Shown here: positions 17,336 to 26,688 of the stretch, in pieces | Layout: every line of letters begins with the position of its first letter | Position numbering within the stretch: position 1 is the stretch's first letter | Translations under genes and position numbers: made by a program | Virus record (IMG/VR): IMGVR_UViG_3300021185_000238 | Location: 1-58,830 of that record | Source of the DNA: a virus | Lineage: Duplodnaviria; Caudoviricetes | Reading direction: 5' to 3' (one strand) | Length of the DNA: 58,830 bases | Notes under the pieces: model-generated | Seen by the model: only the letters and a program-made list of their open reading frames with translations | What the model was told of the DNA's origin: nothing | Databases searched by the model: none

Positions 17336-17950
17336 TTATTCTCCTACGATGCCGGTACCAAACTGGTGGTACGGTAGGTTAAATTTAACCAAGACATCAG
17401 TCTTAGCGTCGCCAATGGCAGAACCAGTTTTGGTTACAAAGCCAATCACTTTGAACGCTTTAGTAGCAGTAGCAGTAGTAGCGTCCAATGCAACATTAGA
17501 CTTACCAGTAGCAGTATTTACTGAAGTAGTGGCGTTCTGTGCCGCAGTCAAAGGAGCGTTGTGCCCAAGAGCAGCCTGAGCGATAGCGCCGTCAGCTTGT
17601 ACTTGGAAAGTTACGCCCGGATCAGTAATGACATAAGCAGTAGCGTTAGCAGTGCCTGATGGGTAGTACTGAGCAAAAATCAATTGACCTTCAGCGTTAA
17701 CATATTCACAACCAACGAACACACCCAGAGCACCGATAGTGTTGCCACCGAGGTTGTTAGTAGTTGCGTCTGTGCCAGTGCCAGAAGCTAGTTGAACATA
17801 ACCTGCATTAATCTCAACGAGAGAGCCGTAACCGATGTTCTGAGCTACGCCAGCAGGAGTAATAAGAAAAGCATCGCGGGCACCAGCATAAGGTGTACCG
17901 TCAGCTTTACGTACGGGAACAAACCCGTATGGAGAGGCTGTAGTTGCCAT
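17336..17950 (-). CDS. putative capsid decoration / minor capsid protein
   Basis: 204 aa, Ala/Gly/Thr-rich, PYGFVPV and GVFVGCEY; immediately upstream of the capsid gene. Confidence 0.6.
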   Translation of the reverse strand: MATTASPYGFVPVRKADGTPYAGARDAFLITPAGVAQNIGYGSLVEINAGYVQLASGTGTDATTNNLGGNTIGALGVFVGCEYVNAEGQLIFAQYYPSGTANATAYVITDPGVTFQVQADGAIAQAALGHNAPLTAAQNATTSVNTATGKSNVALDATTATATKAFKVIGFVTKTGSAIGDAKTDVLVKFNLPYHQFGTGIVGE

Positions 17951-17975
17951 TTATTTCACCTATAAAATAGTTTGA

Positions 17976-18425
17976 TTAAGACCCGCTACCAAAGGTAACT
18001 TTCGATCTGCGGTCATTAAATAACGGCATTCGAGGGTCGTTTTCTCGCATTAGGCTGTTGTCAACTGATTGCATTTGCGCGGTACTCTGATCTTTATAGT
18101 ACGTGTTGCGCTCGTCAACCATTTCAACAGGAGCTTTACACAGCATCAATCCACCGATTATCAAGTTGTCTTTGAACTTTTCGTTCTCGATAGACACAAG
18201 AGTAATCTCTGGGTGATCCGATGCCTTTACTGGCTCCCAACCTTCGCGTAGTTTTGAGGATACGTTAGTGGCGTCCATGTTACCTTGCGTGCTTACACGA
18301 ATCCAGCGAAATGCGTAGCCCGGCTCGGGGTGAGGCGAAGGCAATACTTCTGGCCTAGTCCAAGCTGCTTTACGGGCCGTTTTTTCACGGGTAACTTCTT
18401 CACGTTTGATTCTATTCTCAGCCAT
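17976..18425 (-). CDS. conserved head-module protein
   Basis: 149 aa, PGYAFRWIR...LREGWEPV...IGGLMLCK. Confidence 0.7.
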   Translation of the reverse strand: MAENRIKREEVTREKTARKAAWTRPEVLPSPHPEPGYAFRWIRVSTQGNMDATNVSSKLREGWEPVKASDHPEITLVSIENEKFKDNLIIGGLMLCKAPVEMVDERNTYYKDQSTAQMQSVDNSLMRENDPRMPLFNDRRSKVTFGSGS

Positions 18426-19426
18426 TATACTTTCCTCATCTCTTCTGCAACCTTTTTGGCGTATAAATCTAGGGGTACTCCAAGTTTTTTAGCGATAGCC
18501 ACCTGTGTCTGCGTTAACCTAATTTTCTTAGGTGCTGTGCTCCGCGTAGCGGGTGCAACCACATTAGCCTGCTTCTTACTTGTCCTAACCTCTGATTCTT
18601 CAGTTTCCCCAAACTCTTCGGGGAAGGTATTTCGCATACGAGAATTAATAGTCTCGTAGTATTCATCGCTAGTGGTGTCCACACCTTGCTTAACCAGCTT
18701 ACTGTGTACACCCATAGCATAAGCTGTCATCTCGTCATCAGAGCCGAACCAAGAATTTTCATTTGCCCATTCGGACGCTTTGGTATCTGGCTGAATCGGA
18801 GCTTCTTGCGGTATTTGTACAGGAATCTCAGCTTCTTGTAAAGCCTCTGGCTCAAAATCTGCTAACTTATCCGCTTTTATCTTAGCATTTGTTAGCTTTT
18901 CTTGCGCATCCAACAGTTTATCTGCATCTCCGGCCTCATACGCTCTTTTGTATGCCCGTTTAGCTAGTAACATCTCTCCACTAGCAGTTTTCTTAGCTTG
19001 CTCCAGTAACGCTGCTTGATTCTTTTCGACACTACTCTTTAACTTGTTGTTCTCTTCAACAAGCGTTTTTGCGTAGTTTTCAAACTCCACACGTTCACGA
19101 TGCGCCGCTTCTTTGGCACGCCGCTCGTCGTGATAACCTTTACTAAAGTGCTGTATTCGTTTGCGTACCTTATCTGAGTAATCTTCTAACTCTTCATCAG
19201 TAAGGTCTTCGGGGGGCTTAGATGCTTTACGCCCTCTGTCCGCCTTCGGTATGTCGTCTACTACTTCGACTTCTACTTCGGCTTCTTTCTCTTGCTTAAC
19301 AGGTTTTTCCTCGACAGGCTCTGATTTGCCAGACAAGTCAATCTCTACTGCGCTAGAGTCCTCTACTTCTATTACCTCATCCTTCTCTTCGTCAGGGAAG
19401 GTGTACTCAACTTTTTGAAATCCCAT
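18425..19426 (-). CDS. putative capsid scaffolding protein
   Basis: Acidic N-terminus, long coiled coil, W..ENSWFG and C-terminal LTQTQVAIAKKLGVPLDLYAK; between portal and capsid genes. Confidence 0.7.
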   Translation of the reverse strand: MGFQKVEYTFPDEEKDEVIEVEDSSAVEIDLSGKSEPVEEKPVKQEKEAEVEVEVVDDIPKADRGRKASKPPEDLTDEELEDYSDKVRKRIQHFSKGYHDERRAKEAAHRERVEFENYAKTLVEENNKLKSSVEKNQAALLEQAKKTASGEMLLAKRAYKRAYEAGDADKLLDAQEKLTNAKIKADKLADFEPEALQEAEIPVQIPQEAPIQPDTKASEWANENSWFGSDDEMTAYAMGVHSKLVKQGVDTTSDEYYETINSRMRNTFPEEFGETEESEVRTSKKQANVVAPATRSTAPKKIRLTQTQVAIAKKLGVPLDLYAKKVAEEMRKV

Positions 19427-19436
19427 TATTTACTCC

Positions 19437-19823
19437 TCACACTCGTGTAACGCCACGAGGATCGTTTACTACTGCTTCAATTGAGTCATCATTCATTAAA
19501 CGATACTCAACACCACCTACTTTAAAACGCGTACCAGTATTGGCACGAAACATCACATAGTCGCCAGCTTTACACCAAGCACCTGTAGGAAAGCGATCCT
19601 TATCAGAATACGCCTGCTCACCCATATCAAGGACAACCCCGATAGTAGACATGATGTATTCGTTATGGATTTCCTTACTAGACTTGATGATACCGCTTTC
19701 GCCGTATGTATCCTCTACTTCCGGCATGGCTACTAGAACACGGTACCCTACAGGAGTAGGAATTTGGTGGTCTAGTTCTTCTTCACTTTCTGCTTCTTTT
19801 GGTACTATTGTTAGATCAGTCAT
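19437..19823 (-). CDS. groES: co-chaperonin GroES-like protein
   Basis: PVGYRVLV...ESGII...GVVLDMG...KAGDYVMF...GTRFKVGGVEYRLMNDDSIEAVV; start taken at ATG 19823. Confidence 0.85.
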   Translation of the reverse strand: MTDLTIVPKEAESEEELDHQIPTPVGYRVLVAMPEVEDTYGESGIIKSSKEIHNEYIMSTIGVVLDMGEQAYSDKDRFPTGAWCKAGDYVMFRANTGTRFKVGGVEYRLMNDDSIEAVVNDPRGVTRV

Positions 19824-20013
19824 TATCATCTTCCAAATAATTACGCGAGAGGTCATTTACATGATTCAGACAGGAAGTGAGACCTCGTAGCATTCCTGTT
19901 ATTTCTTTGTACTGAGCGAAGTCTTTAGCCCCACCATTACCTAGAAATTTTGTTGCAGAGGACATATCTTCCTCGATTTTGTTCTTGAGCACGTCAAAGA
20001 CGGTTTTAGCCAT
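19816..20013 (-). CDS. small conserved head-module protein
   Basis: 65 aa, G.AKDFAQYKEITG..RGL; between portal and GroES. Confidence 0.65.
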   Translation of the reverse strand: MAKTVFDVLKNKIEEDMSSATKFLGNGGAKDFAQYKEITGMLRGLTSCLNHVNDLSRNYLEDDND

Positions 20014-20016
20014 GAT

Positions 20017-22488
20017 TTATTCCCTACGTTTGTTTGCAGAATCTGTTGCTGTTTTTATAGCGTCTAGCTTTAATTTAGTCGCATCTTTGCGCCTGTCCGC
20101 AGCCATCTTAGCAACGGTTTTTTCGGTGTCTAACTGTAGTTCTTGCTCTTCTAACTGTAGCTGCCCCTGATCTATAGCTGCATCAGCCATATCTTTCTGC
20201 ACCTTGCGTTGCAATTCAGCCTGTTTGAGTTGCGCATCGGCTTGGTCTTTCTGAGCCTTACGCTGCACTTCTTGCTGCTTAATTTGTAGCTCCGCTTGCT
20301 GCATCTGTACAACGGGGTCTTGTTGCTTCTGTTGTGCCTGCTTTTGCGCCGCTTCTTGCTGGTGCTGCTGTGTAAGCTGCCTACCGCCCTCCGCTACTAG
20401 TCTAGCCAGTTGTATTTCTGTTTCCTCTGTAAGCTCTTCATTAGGCGCTGGTAGGGGTGCTCCTAACTTCTCTTCCATCTGAGAGCGGTACAAGAACCCT
20501 AGGTGCTCCGCTATGTGAGCCTGTAACGCAGACATTATTTTCTGCGCCTGTGGGTTCTGGCCTATGGTCTGTGCAATCATGGGGTCTTTCATAAACGACT
20601 GGTGCGCCGCTATATGTGCTGCATGGTCTTGGTAGATGAACGCTTTTATGGGGGTACCTGTTAGCGCGTTCATGTTTTCGCTTACGGGATCAGTAGGTTT
20701 CACATCATCTTCCGTAGGTACTAGCTTGTCAGCGTTCTTGACGCCGAGCACTTCAATCATCTGGCGATGTAATTGAGGTAGGTTGTATATCTGAGGTGCC
20801 TGTTGTGCCATCTGCAACACTGCTTGGTACTGAACTACACGTTGCGCCATAGTAGAACTGTTAGGGTCACTAACAGGGATTACATCGACCATAGCGTAGT
20901 CAGCTTGGCGGGCGGCTACTTCACCTCTGTTAGGCATGTAGTCGTATTCCACAGATGCTTCTTCGGCCATGATAGCTTTGAGCATCTTGAACTCTAGCTT
21001 CATAGCGTAGTGGACACGCGCCTGTACCGCAGCCATAGGCTTTAACGTACGTTCTAGCAATGCTAGCGTAGTACCCACTGGGGCGTTTGCGGACATATCA
21101 GATATGTTCATGTCACTGATAGCACCTAGACGGCGGCCTTCAGTAGTGATCTGGTTAAGCAATGCTAACAGAGTCTGGCTAGGCTCCTTATAAGGTAGGG
21201 GCATGATGTTTTCTTTGATGCTGCCTGATGGCACATCTACATCTTTAAACTCGCCCGGCTCGATAGGAGTGTCATCACCTTTAATACGTAGCCCACGAGA
21301 CTTTAAGCCGCCGGGAAGGTTAGACAGGGTACCAGCGTCCACCAGTTGTCGTATGAGCGACGTTCCTGCTTTAGCGTACCCACCTACTATGTGGATGAGT
21401 CCTAGGCCGTAGAAGCCAAATCCGGGCACATATACGTAGTGTACAAAGTGCTGACGTTTTAGCGTTAAGGCGTCCTCTTCTTCCCAGTTACGACGGATCG
21501 ACAATATCTCTTCAGTACCGCGTTCTATAGTAACAATGTAGGGCTTTGCGATACCGTCTTCGTCGTCTACACCCTCAATGATGAGGTCTGCATGAATCTC
21601 ATATATAGTGTAACGATCATCATCAGTGATGTCGTACCCACCTTCCTCGGCCTTCTTTTCCTCAATATCGGTGTGGAACGGGCGAGGTTCTCCTAACTCT
21701 ACGCCAGAGTAGAAACCACTCACTTGTAGCTTCATTATCTCGTTCTTGGTTTTACGCATTACATGGGTAACGCGTTCGGCAGATTCTATGTTGGATGCGC
21801 CATAAGGCACAATAACGTCTTCTGCTGGAATATAGATGGCGGCCTGTCTACCCATATTGGGGTCGAAGTAAACCTTCTTAAACGCCGATCCTGCGAGTCC
21901 TAGGCTATATAGCATTCTTTCGTGCTCTGGACGGTACTCCACCATGTTCTCTGTAAGCTCATAGTTCATGTCCGCTTTTACACGCTCTGCTGCTTCTAAC
22001 TTCTCTTTAGTCTCTTTACCTAGAACCTTTACCTTTACTGGCCCTTGAGCAGGGAAAGTCTCACTCATGGTCTCTGCTTGGAACCGTATAGCTGCTTCGG
22101 CTAGGACTGTAGAGTTGACGCCACACGCGCCCTGCCAAGGAGTTGTACGCTCTTCGTACTTAAACCCTAGGATGTCCAGTCCTTTGACGTAGGTATCTGC
22201 CCAGTCTTTGCGGCTGTCCACATCTGCGTCTACCATACCTATTAACTCACCTGATAACTCGTTTAAGAGTCCTTCATCAAGTGCGTCCACCAAGTTGGCG
22301 TCAAACGCCATTAGGTCGGTCTCGTTGGCATCAGGGATCAGGGTGATCTCCATACTACCATCAGACAGAGTAACCATCTCAGGATCGACTATCTCAATAG
22401 ATAAGTCTCCCTCAAGCACTTCGGCCTCTTCTACTTCTACGTCTTCTATGCCTTCTGGTGCGGCGTAGATACCTTTCTCAATTGCCAT
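20017..22488 (-). CDS. portal protein
   Basis: 823 aa right after TerL; SRKDW, LAEAAIRFQA, GSAFKKVYFD, GFYGLGLIH and a Gln-rich C-terminal coiled coil (P22-like barrel). Confidence 0.88.
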   Translation of the reverse strand: MAIEKGIYAAPEGIEDVEVEEAEVLEGDLSIEIVDPEMVTLSDGSMEITLIPDANETDLMAFDANLVDALDEGLLNELSGELIGMVDADVDSRKDWADTYVKGLDILGFKYEERTTPWQGACGVNSTVLAEAAIRFQAETMSETFPAQGPVKVKVLGKETKEKLEAAERVKADMNYELTENMVEYRPEHERMLYSLGLAGSAFKKVYFDPNMGRQAAIYIPAEDVIVPYGASNIESAERVTHVMRKTKNEIMKLQVSGFYSGVELGEPRPFHTDIEEKKAEEGGYDITDDDRYTIYEIHADLIIEGVDDEDGIAKPYIVTIERGTEEILSIRRNWEEEDALTLKRQHFVHYVYVPGFGFYGLGLIHIVGGYAKAGTSLIRQLVDAGTLSNLPGGLKSRGLRIKGDDTPIEPGEFKDVDVPSGSIKENIMPLPYKEPSQTLLALLNQITTEGRRLGAISDMNISDMSANAPVGTTLALLERTLKPMAAVQARVHYAMKLEFKMLKAIMAEEASVEYDYMPNRGEVAARQADYAMVDVIPVSDPNSSTMAQRVVQYQAVLQMAQQAPQIYNLPQLHRQMIEVLGVKNADKLVPTEDDVKPTDPVSENMNALTGTPIKAFIYQDHAAHIAAHQSFMKDPMIAQTIGQNPQAQKIMSALQAHIAEHLGFLYRSQMEEKLGAPLPAPNEELTEETEIQLARLVAEGGRQLTQQHQQEAAQKQAQQKQQDPVVQMQQAELQIKQQEVQRKAQKDQADAQLKQAELQRKVQKDMADAAIDQGQLQLEEQELQLDTEKTVAKMAADRRKDATKLKLDAIKTATDSANKRRE

Positions 22489-22499
22489 TCTGTAACCTC

Positions 22500-24059
22500 T
22501 TAATAAAACCCGCTACCGCGATGTTTAAACTGTTTAATGTCTTCTGGCTCATCAGTAGGTAATCGTATAAATCCGCCTTGTCTGAACCGCATAAGTGCCA
22601 TAACTGTGGAATCCACCAGATCGTCATGGCTCATAAAGGGAAACCCTGCGATCTCTTCTACTACTTCTTCTGCCCATCTAGTCTGTGGAACCCATACTAA
22701 CCCAGATTGCACAATGTCTGATACAGAGTTTAGACGTGCTAGTTTATCACCAGAACCTCTATGGGGGGTATATTCTTGTACAAGTAAGCCCATACGTCGC
22801 ATTTCTTGGTACAACGCTACACCGGAACTCTTTTTCTCTACTATAAAAGCGTCTGGTTCCCATTCCGTGTACTGATCCATAGCCAATTCTTTTAGCTCGT
22901 GGAACTCCATACGCTCTTTTATGCTGTTAAGCAAGATTATATTATACGCTGAAGTCTCCTCATTAAGGAACACTCCCCACGTAGTAAGCGCCGTGTAATC
23001 CGCTCGGTTGTGTTTTTCTGCTGCGGAGTCCAAGGACATGATTATATATTCGCAGGCGGGGGGCCGTTCTTTCTCCCACTCATTCCACCACTCTCTTTTT
23101 ACTAGGGCGGCTTCCTCGGCGGTGGGTTGTTGCTGATACTGGGCGTTCCACTGGAACGTAGGCATTGATGCCTTGGTACGCAATAACGCCTCAAGATCAA
23201 AGAACTCAGGCCACAGAGGTTTCTGTATGGGCTTGCCCGTCTCTTTATCGTCCACATCTAATATAGCGGGGAACTCTATGACCTCATACTGGTCAGCACG
23301 GTCGTTCTGGGCCATATCCTTGACCACACGCCCCGTTAGGTCGTCCATGTGCCACCGTGTCTGGATAATAGCTACACTACCTCCGGGCATCAGACGAGTA
23401 CGAGCACCGAACGTAAACCACTCATACGCCTTCTCAAAGACAATAAAGTTGCCATTAATCACGTCTTGCTCAGAGTGAGGGTCGTCTACAAGTAGTAAAT
23501 GCGCACCACGGCCCGCTAGAGCCGATCCAACACCACATGCGTAGTACTCCCCGCCCATGCTCGTACTCCAGCGTCCGGCTGATTTAGAGTCACTGGCGAG
23601 TTTTACTGTAGGAAAGATGTCTGCGTAGACTTCACTGGCTAGGATGTTTCGTACCTTACGCCCGAAGTCCACCGCCAAATCGGTAGTATGTGACACCATC
23701 ATAACCTTCTTGTCAGGGTTACGCCCTAGGTACCACGCAGGGTAGAAGATAGATACAAGCTGGGACTTACCGTGACGAGGCGGTATGTTTACGCACGCCC
23801 TGTCTTTGTCTCCTCGCTCAATGGCCATTAGGAGGTCGGCCAACATGCGGTGATGCTTCCCAACTAAGTAGTCAGGCTGCATAAGTTTACAAAATTCTAT
23901 TAAATCGTCGTGTGCGGCTTTAACTGTACGCCGTTTGTCTAGCTCATCGACAAGTTTCTCTATCTCCACCACCTCGTCGGTGCTGAACTCGTCAATGTTA
24001 TCCAACATGTGCTGGATTTCTTCTTGGGTAAACGCTTCAGTGGTGCTAGGCGCAGTCAT
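22500..24059 (-). CDS. terL: terminase large subunit
   Basis: Walker A IPPRHGKS, Walker B LLLVDDP, TRWHMDDL, YQQQP, and nuclease motifs SLDSA and HDDLVDS. Confidence 0.95.
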   Translation of the reverse strand: MTAPSTTEAFTQEEIQHMLDNIDEFSTDEVVEIEKLVDELDKRRTVKAAHDDLIEFCKLMQPDYLVGKHHRMLADLLMAIERGDKDRACVNIPPRHGKSQLVSIFYPAWYLGRNPDKKVMMVSHTTDLAVDFGRKVRNILASEVYADIFPTVKLASDSKSAGRWSTSMGGEYYACGVGSALAGRGAHLLLVDDPHSEQDVINGNFIVFEKAYEWFTFGARTRLMPGGSVAIIQTRWHMDDLTGRVVKDMAQNDRADQYEVIEFPAILDVDDKETGKPIQKPLWPEFFDLEALLRTKASMPTFQWNAQYQQQPTAEEAALVKREWWNEWEKERPPACEYIIMSLDSAAEKHNRADYTALTTWGVFLNEETSAYNIILLNSIKERMEFHELKELAMDQYTEWEPDAFIVEKKSSGVALYQEMRRMGLLVQEYTPHRGSGDKLARLNSVSDIVQSGLVWVPQTRWAEEVVEEIAGFPFMSHDDLVDSTVMALMRFRQGGFIRLPTDEPEDIKQFKHRGSGFY

Positions 24060-24282
24060 TTATCGTCACATCAGCGGTAGTTACCATGACTACTCGCGCC
24101 CCACAACTCAAAATCGGCTTATCTGTGGTACTTTGCAGGACTTCAGACGGCCCATTTATAGTTACAGAGTTACAATACGTGTTTTTCTTGCCTTGTTTTA
24201 CGGTAATTACAGGTTCGTTCGTCCCATTCTTGAGATTGGCGCGGATTTTGTGCTGATTCACGTGAATATACGTCTTAGGCAT
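24046..24282 (-). CDS. hypothetical protein
   Basis: 78 aa, IHVNQHKIRAN...PVITVK...LSCGARV; overlaps both terminase genes. Confidence 0.65.
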   Translation of the reverse strand: MPKTYIHVNQHKIRANLKNGTNEPVITVKQGKKNTYCNSVTINGPSEVLQSTTDKPILSCGARVVMVTTADVTINDCA

Positions 24283-24859
24283 CCTTACTTACCCCCAATT
24301 CTGCGTCTACGTCTATAACTTCTCCGTCCAGTGTCACCTCATCCGCAGGATTTACGAGCTTTTCTAGCTTTTTGCGCAGTTTTGCCTTGAGATCATCCGT
24401 TGACTGGTGCGTAACGGTCACTTCCGACTTCTCTGCGAACAGTCCTACGTCCGAAATCTTACCCAGTAACTCCAACGCTCGAATACGAACGCGTGGATCG
24501 GGGTTCTCTGTCTCTAATATCAGCTTATTCGTTACCAAGTGGCGCACAGAAACGGCTGACTCCACTACAGAGGCACCAAATTCCGTGAGTATGTTACTAG
24601 TTAGCACCAGCGAGGCTGGGGTCAAGTTAGCCATACGTTTGTTTGTTGCTTTCTTCGATGTCTTTTCAGGATCATCGGCATACGCTATGGCAAGTTTAGC
24701 TGCCACGTCTTCATCTTCTTTGCTGGGCTTCAATTCTAGCCCGTGTTCTGCCAGCTCTAAGGCCGTCGTCTTCGCTGCTCGCGCACGGACACTCAAGTCC
24801 ACGGCGGGGTCGTCATCAAATAGCGGAACCCCTGTCTCGGGTTCGAGTTTAATCGTCAT
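24275..24859 (-). CDS. terS: putative terminase small subunit
   Basis: RIRALELLGKISDVGLF motif; upstream of TerL; start taken at ATG 24859. Confidence 0.6.
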   Translation of the reverse strand: MTIKLEPETGVPLFDDDPAVDLSVRARAAKTTALELAEHGLELKPSKEDEDVAAKLAIAYADDPEKTSKKATNKRMANLTPASLVLTSNILTEFGASVVESAVSVRHLVTNKLILETENPDPRVRIRALELLGKISDVGLFAEKSEVTVTHQSTDDLKAKLRKKLEKLVNPADEVTLDGEVIDVDAELGVSKDA

Positions 24860-24891
24860 ATTGTAATCGCAGGTTGTTAAACCGGAGTGCC

Positions 24892-24920
24892 TTTGTACCA
24901 TACTTGTTTACACAAGACAA
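24892..24920 (-). promoter_or_regulatory. putative promoter of the packaging/structural operon
   Basis: TTGTCT-17 nt-TACAAA with TGn extension, ~30 nt upstream of the terS start. Confidence 0.4.
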
Positions 24921-25042
24921 GCATAGGGAGTTGCCCATACCATTTATGGTATATCCTACATGATTATTATACATTTCCGATCATATCGGATCACTAATAT
25001 AATAGCGCCTCTTTCAACCCCCTACTGTTCTGAGGTTTCTTT

Positions 25043-25135
25043 GTGTTTGGTCTTACTGTGTTTATTGTTTCGGCGTGTATTGTTGTTATTGTGGGGCTTG
25101 GTGTTATTGCCCTAGAGGATGGTCTACCCTTTTAA
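25043..25135 (+). CDS. possible 30-aa single-pass membrane peptide
   Basis: GAGGT RBS, GTG start, MFGLTVFIVSACIVVIVGLGVIALEDGLPF; TATAAT at 24998-25003. Confidence 0.35.
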   Translation: MFGLTVFIVSACIVVIVGLGVIALEDGLPF

Positions 25136-25538
25136 AGTTACGTAGGAGGTTTAGTCCCTCCTTTTCTGCTTCTTCTGTAAACTTGTCGGGGAGTAGCTGC
25201 AAACACCCTTTACTCCCCAGCTCTTCCGTAGGTTTTATAAGCACTCTCTGCTCGTCTAAAGCAATGAACATATAGAAGTCCGCCACTTTCTGCGAGGCTA
25301 GGCTGTACAGGTACTTACGTACTGGGTTTCTGTACCGCTGCTTGAGTGTTGCAAGGTTAGCCGCCTTCACCTGTAACGTGAACATCTCTTCGTGGTACGA
25401 CTGGCACCATAAGTCTACGCCGGAACGGTCTACGTGGTGGCACTCTATGCCGTGGCGCTCCAAAACATACATGGCAAAGAACTCACCTATCCTTCCTGTG
25501 TGTGCGGCGTTATCTATTCTGCCCTTTATTTTACTCAC
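25104..25538 (-). CDS. PD-(D/E)XK family endonuclease (free-standing, homing-endonuclease-like)
   Basis: GRIGE...L..HG...VDL...LQVK catalytic pattern; DFYMFIAL. Confidence 0.65.
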   Translation of the reverse strand: MSKIKGRIDNAAHTGRIGEFFAMYVLERHGIECHHVDRSGVDLWCQSYHEEMFTLQVKAANLATLKQRYRNPVRKYLYSLASQKVADFYMFIALDEQRVLIKPTEELGSKGCLQLLPDKFTEEAEKEGLNLLRNFKRVDHPLGQ

Positions 25539-25793
25539 GTCCCGCCTATGTATTACCTAATAGGAACGTACACCGTACAGTATAAAAAATTTTTTACAAG
25601 GGGTCAGAAAAAGAGGTGGGGGGTGTTCCTATATAGAGGGGGTAGGGGTCTCGAACTCATAAAATAACGATTTATTCGTGGAAATTAGTAATATATAGAG
25701 CGGTGGGACTCCTGTCTGACATAGCGGGTCATGGGGGCGGGGTAGGGGTCGGATTCTGGCCATTCGTGGGTAAACCTACCAGATAACCAGTAA

Positions 25794-25811
25794 TGTATAC
25801 ATATGTATACA
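25794..25811. repeat. 18-bp palindrome TGTATACATATGTATACA, copy 1
   Basis: Perfect palindrome; identical copies at 27088, 27622, 27869 and 29225. Confidence 0.9.
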
Positions 25812-25827
25812 GTCGGCGGCCTATCTA

Positions 25828-25855
25828 TTGTAAACAGGGGTAAACTTGTTATTAT
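25828..25855 (+). promoter_or_regulatory. putative early promoter
   Basis: TTGTAA-16 nt-TATTAT with TGn, upstream of the first plus-strand gene. Confidence 0.4.
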
Positions 25856-25937
25856 GCGAACCATCAAAGCCAATAACGGATTTGATCGGTTAACGCGGCA
25901 CCGCTACAAGCCCGCGCATTTTACAAGGTAATAAGTT

Positions 25938-26528
25938 ATGAAAAACGTAAACGAAGCAACAGCACTGCCAGCCCGATTCACCCCGAAAGCGGCTGATTTA
26001 TTAAGTAAGACTTCCAGCAAGGAGGAAAGTGCCCGTAAGCAAGCGCAGGCGGCCTATGATCAAATGATCAGTGATGGCATGCTTTGGACTGATTTCTTAC
26101 CAGTTAAGGCTAAGGGATCAACGGCCACGCCGGAGTTGAGAGAGGCGCTACTCGCGGCGCGGCGGAAAGGGTTCGGAGCATGGGCACCGAAGCTATACAA
26201 GACGCCCAATACGGCACTTAGCGATGAGGATATAGCCAAGAAAAATAAGTTAAGGACTGACGTAAATAAGAAAATAACGGACGATAGGACGGCTATGAGA
26301 TTACGCCAAGACCCTGAGTTTAAAGCCAGCGAGTCCGAGAAAAATAAAGCTAAACGGGCACCCCAACAGCCCACCGGCCAAGCCAAGGCGGCGGGGTCAG
26401 CGGCCAAGGTACTGGAGTCACTACAACAGGCGGCCAAGCGGGCGCAGGCAATTGAGGAACCGGAGTTTGATGTAGTGGCACTGGTTGCACTGCTAGCTAA
26501 GGCTCAACAGATTGTAGTTAAACACTGA
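25938..26528 (+). CDS. early hypothetical protein (Lys/Ala-rich, helical)
   Basis: 196-aa ORF, first gene of the plus arm, AAGGT RBS. Confidence 0.75.
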   Translation: MKNVNEATALPARFTPKAADLLSKTSSKEESARKQAQAAYDQMISDGMLWTDFLPVKAKGSTATPELREALLAARRKGFGAWAPKLYKTPNTALSDEDIAKKNKLRTDVNKKITDDRTAMRLRQDPEFKASESEKNKAKRAPQQPTGQAKAAGSAAKVLESLQQAAKRAQAIEEPEFDVVALVALLAKAQQIVVKH

Positions 26529-26568
26529 TCACCACCGGCCAAGGATGGCCATCCAACAGGAGTAAGTT

Positions 26569-26688
26569 ATGACGCGTAATGAAATCACTGATGCAATACT
26601 GGCCGCGCTGGTCACGATAGTTTTAATTCCGGCGGCAGGCATTCTGTTAACTATCCTCTGGGTACTGATACAGGGGCAACCATCATGA
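26569..26688 (+). CDS. 39-aa membrane peptide (below ORF-track cutoff)
   Basis: AGGAG RBS; MTRNEITDAILAALVTIVLIPAAGILLTILWVLIQGQPS; ATGA overlap with the next gene. Confidence 0.65.
   Translation: MTRNEITDAILAALVTIVLIPAAGILLTILWVLIQGQPS

Noticed and set aside
25794-25811. LexA (SOS) box reading of the TGTATACATATGTATACA palindrome
   Set aside because: It does not fit CTGT-N8-ACAG in spacing or ends, and the 32213 variant lacks the outer TGTA/TACA arms.
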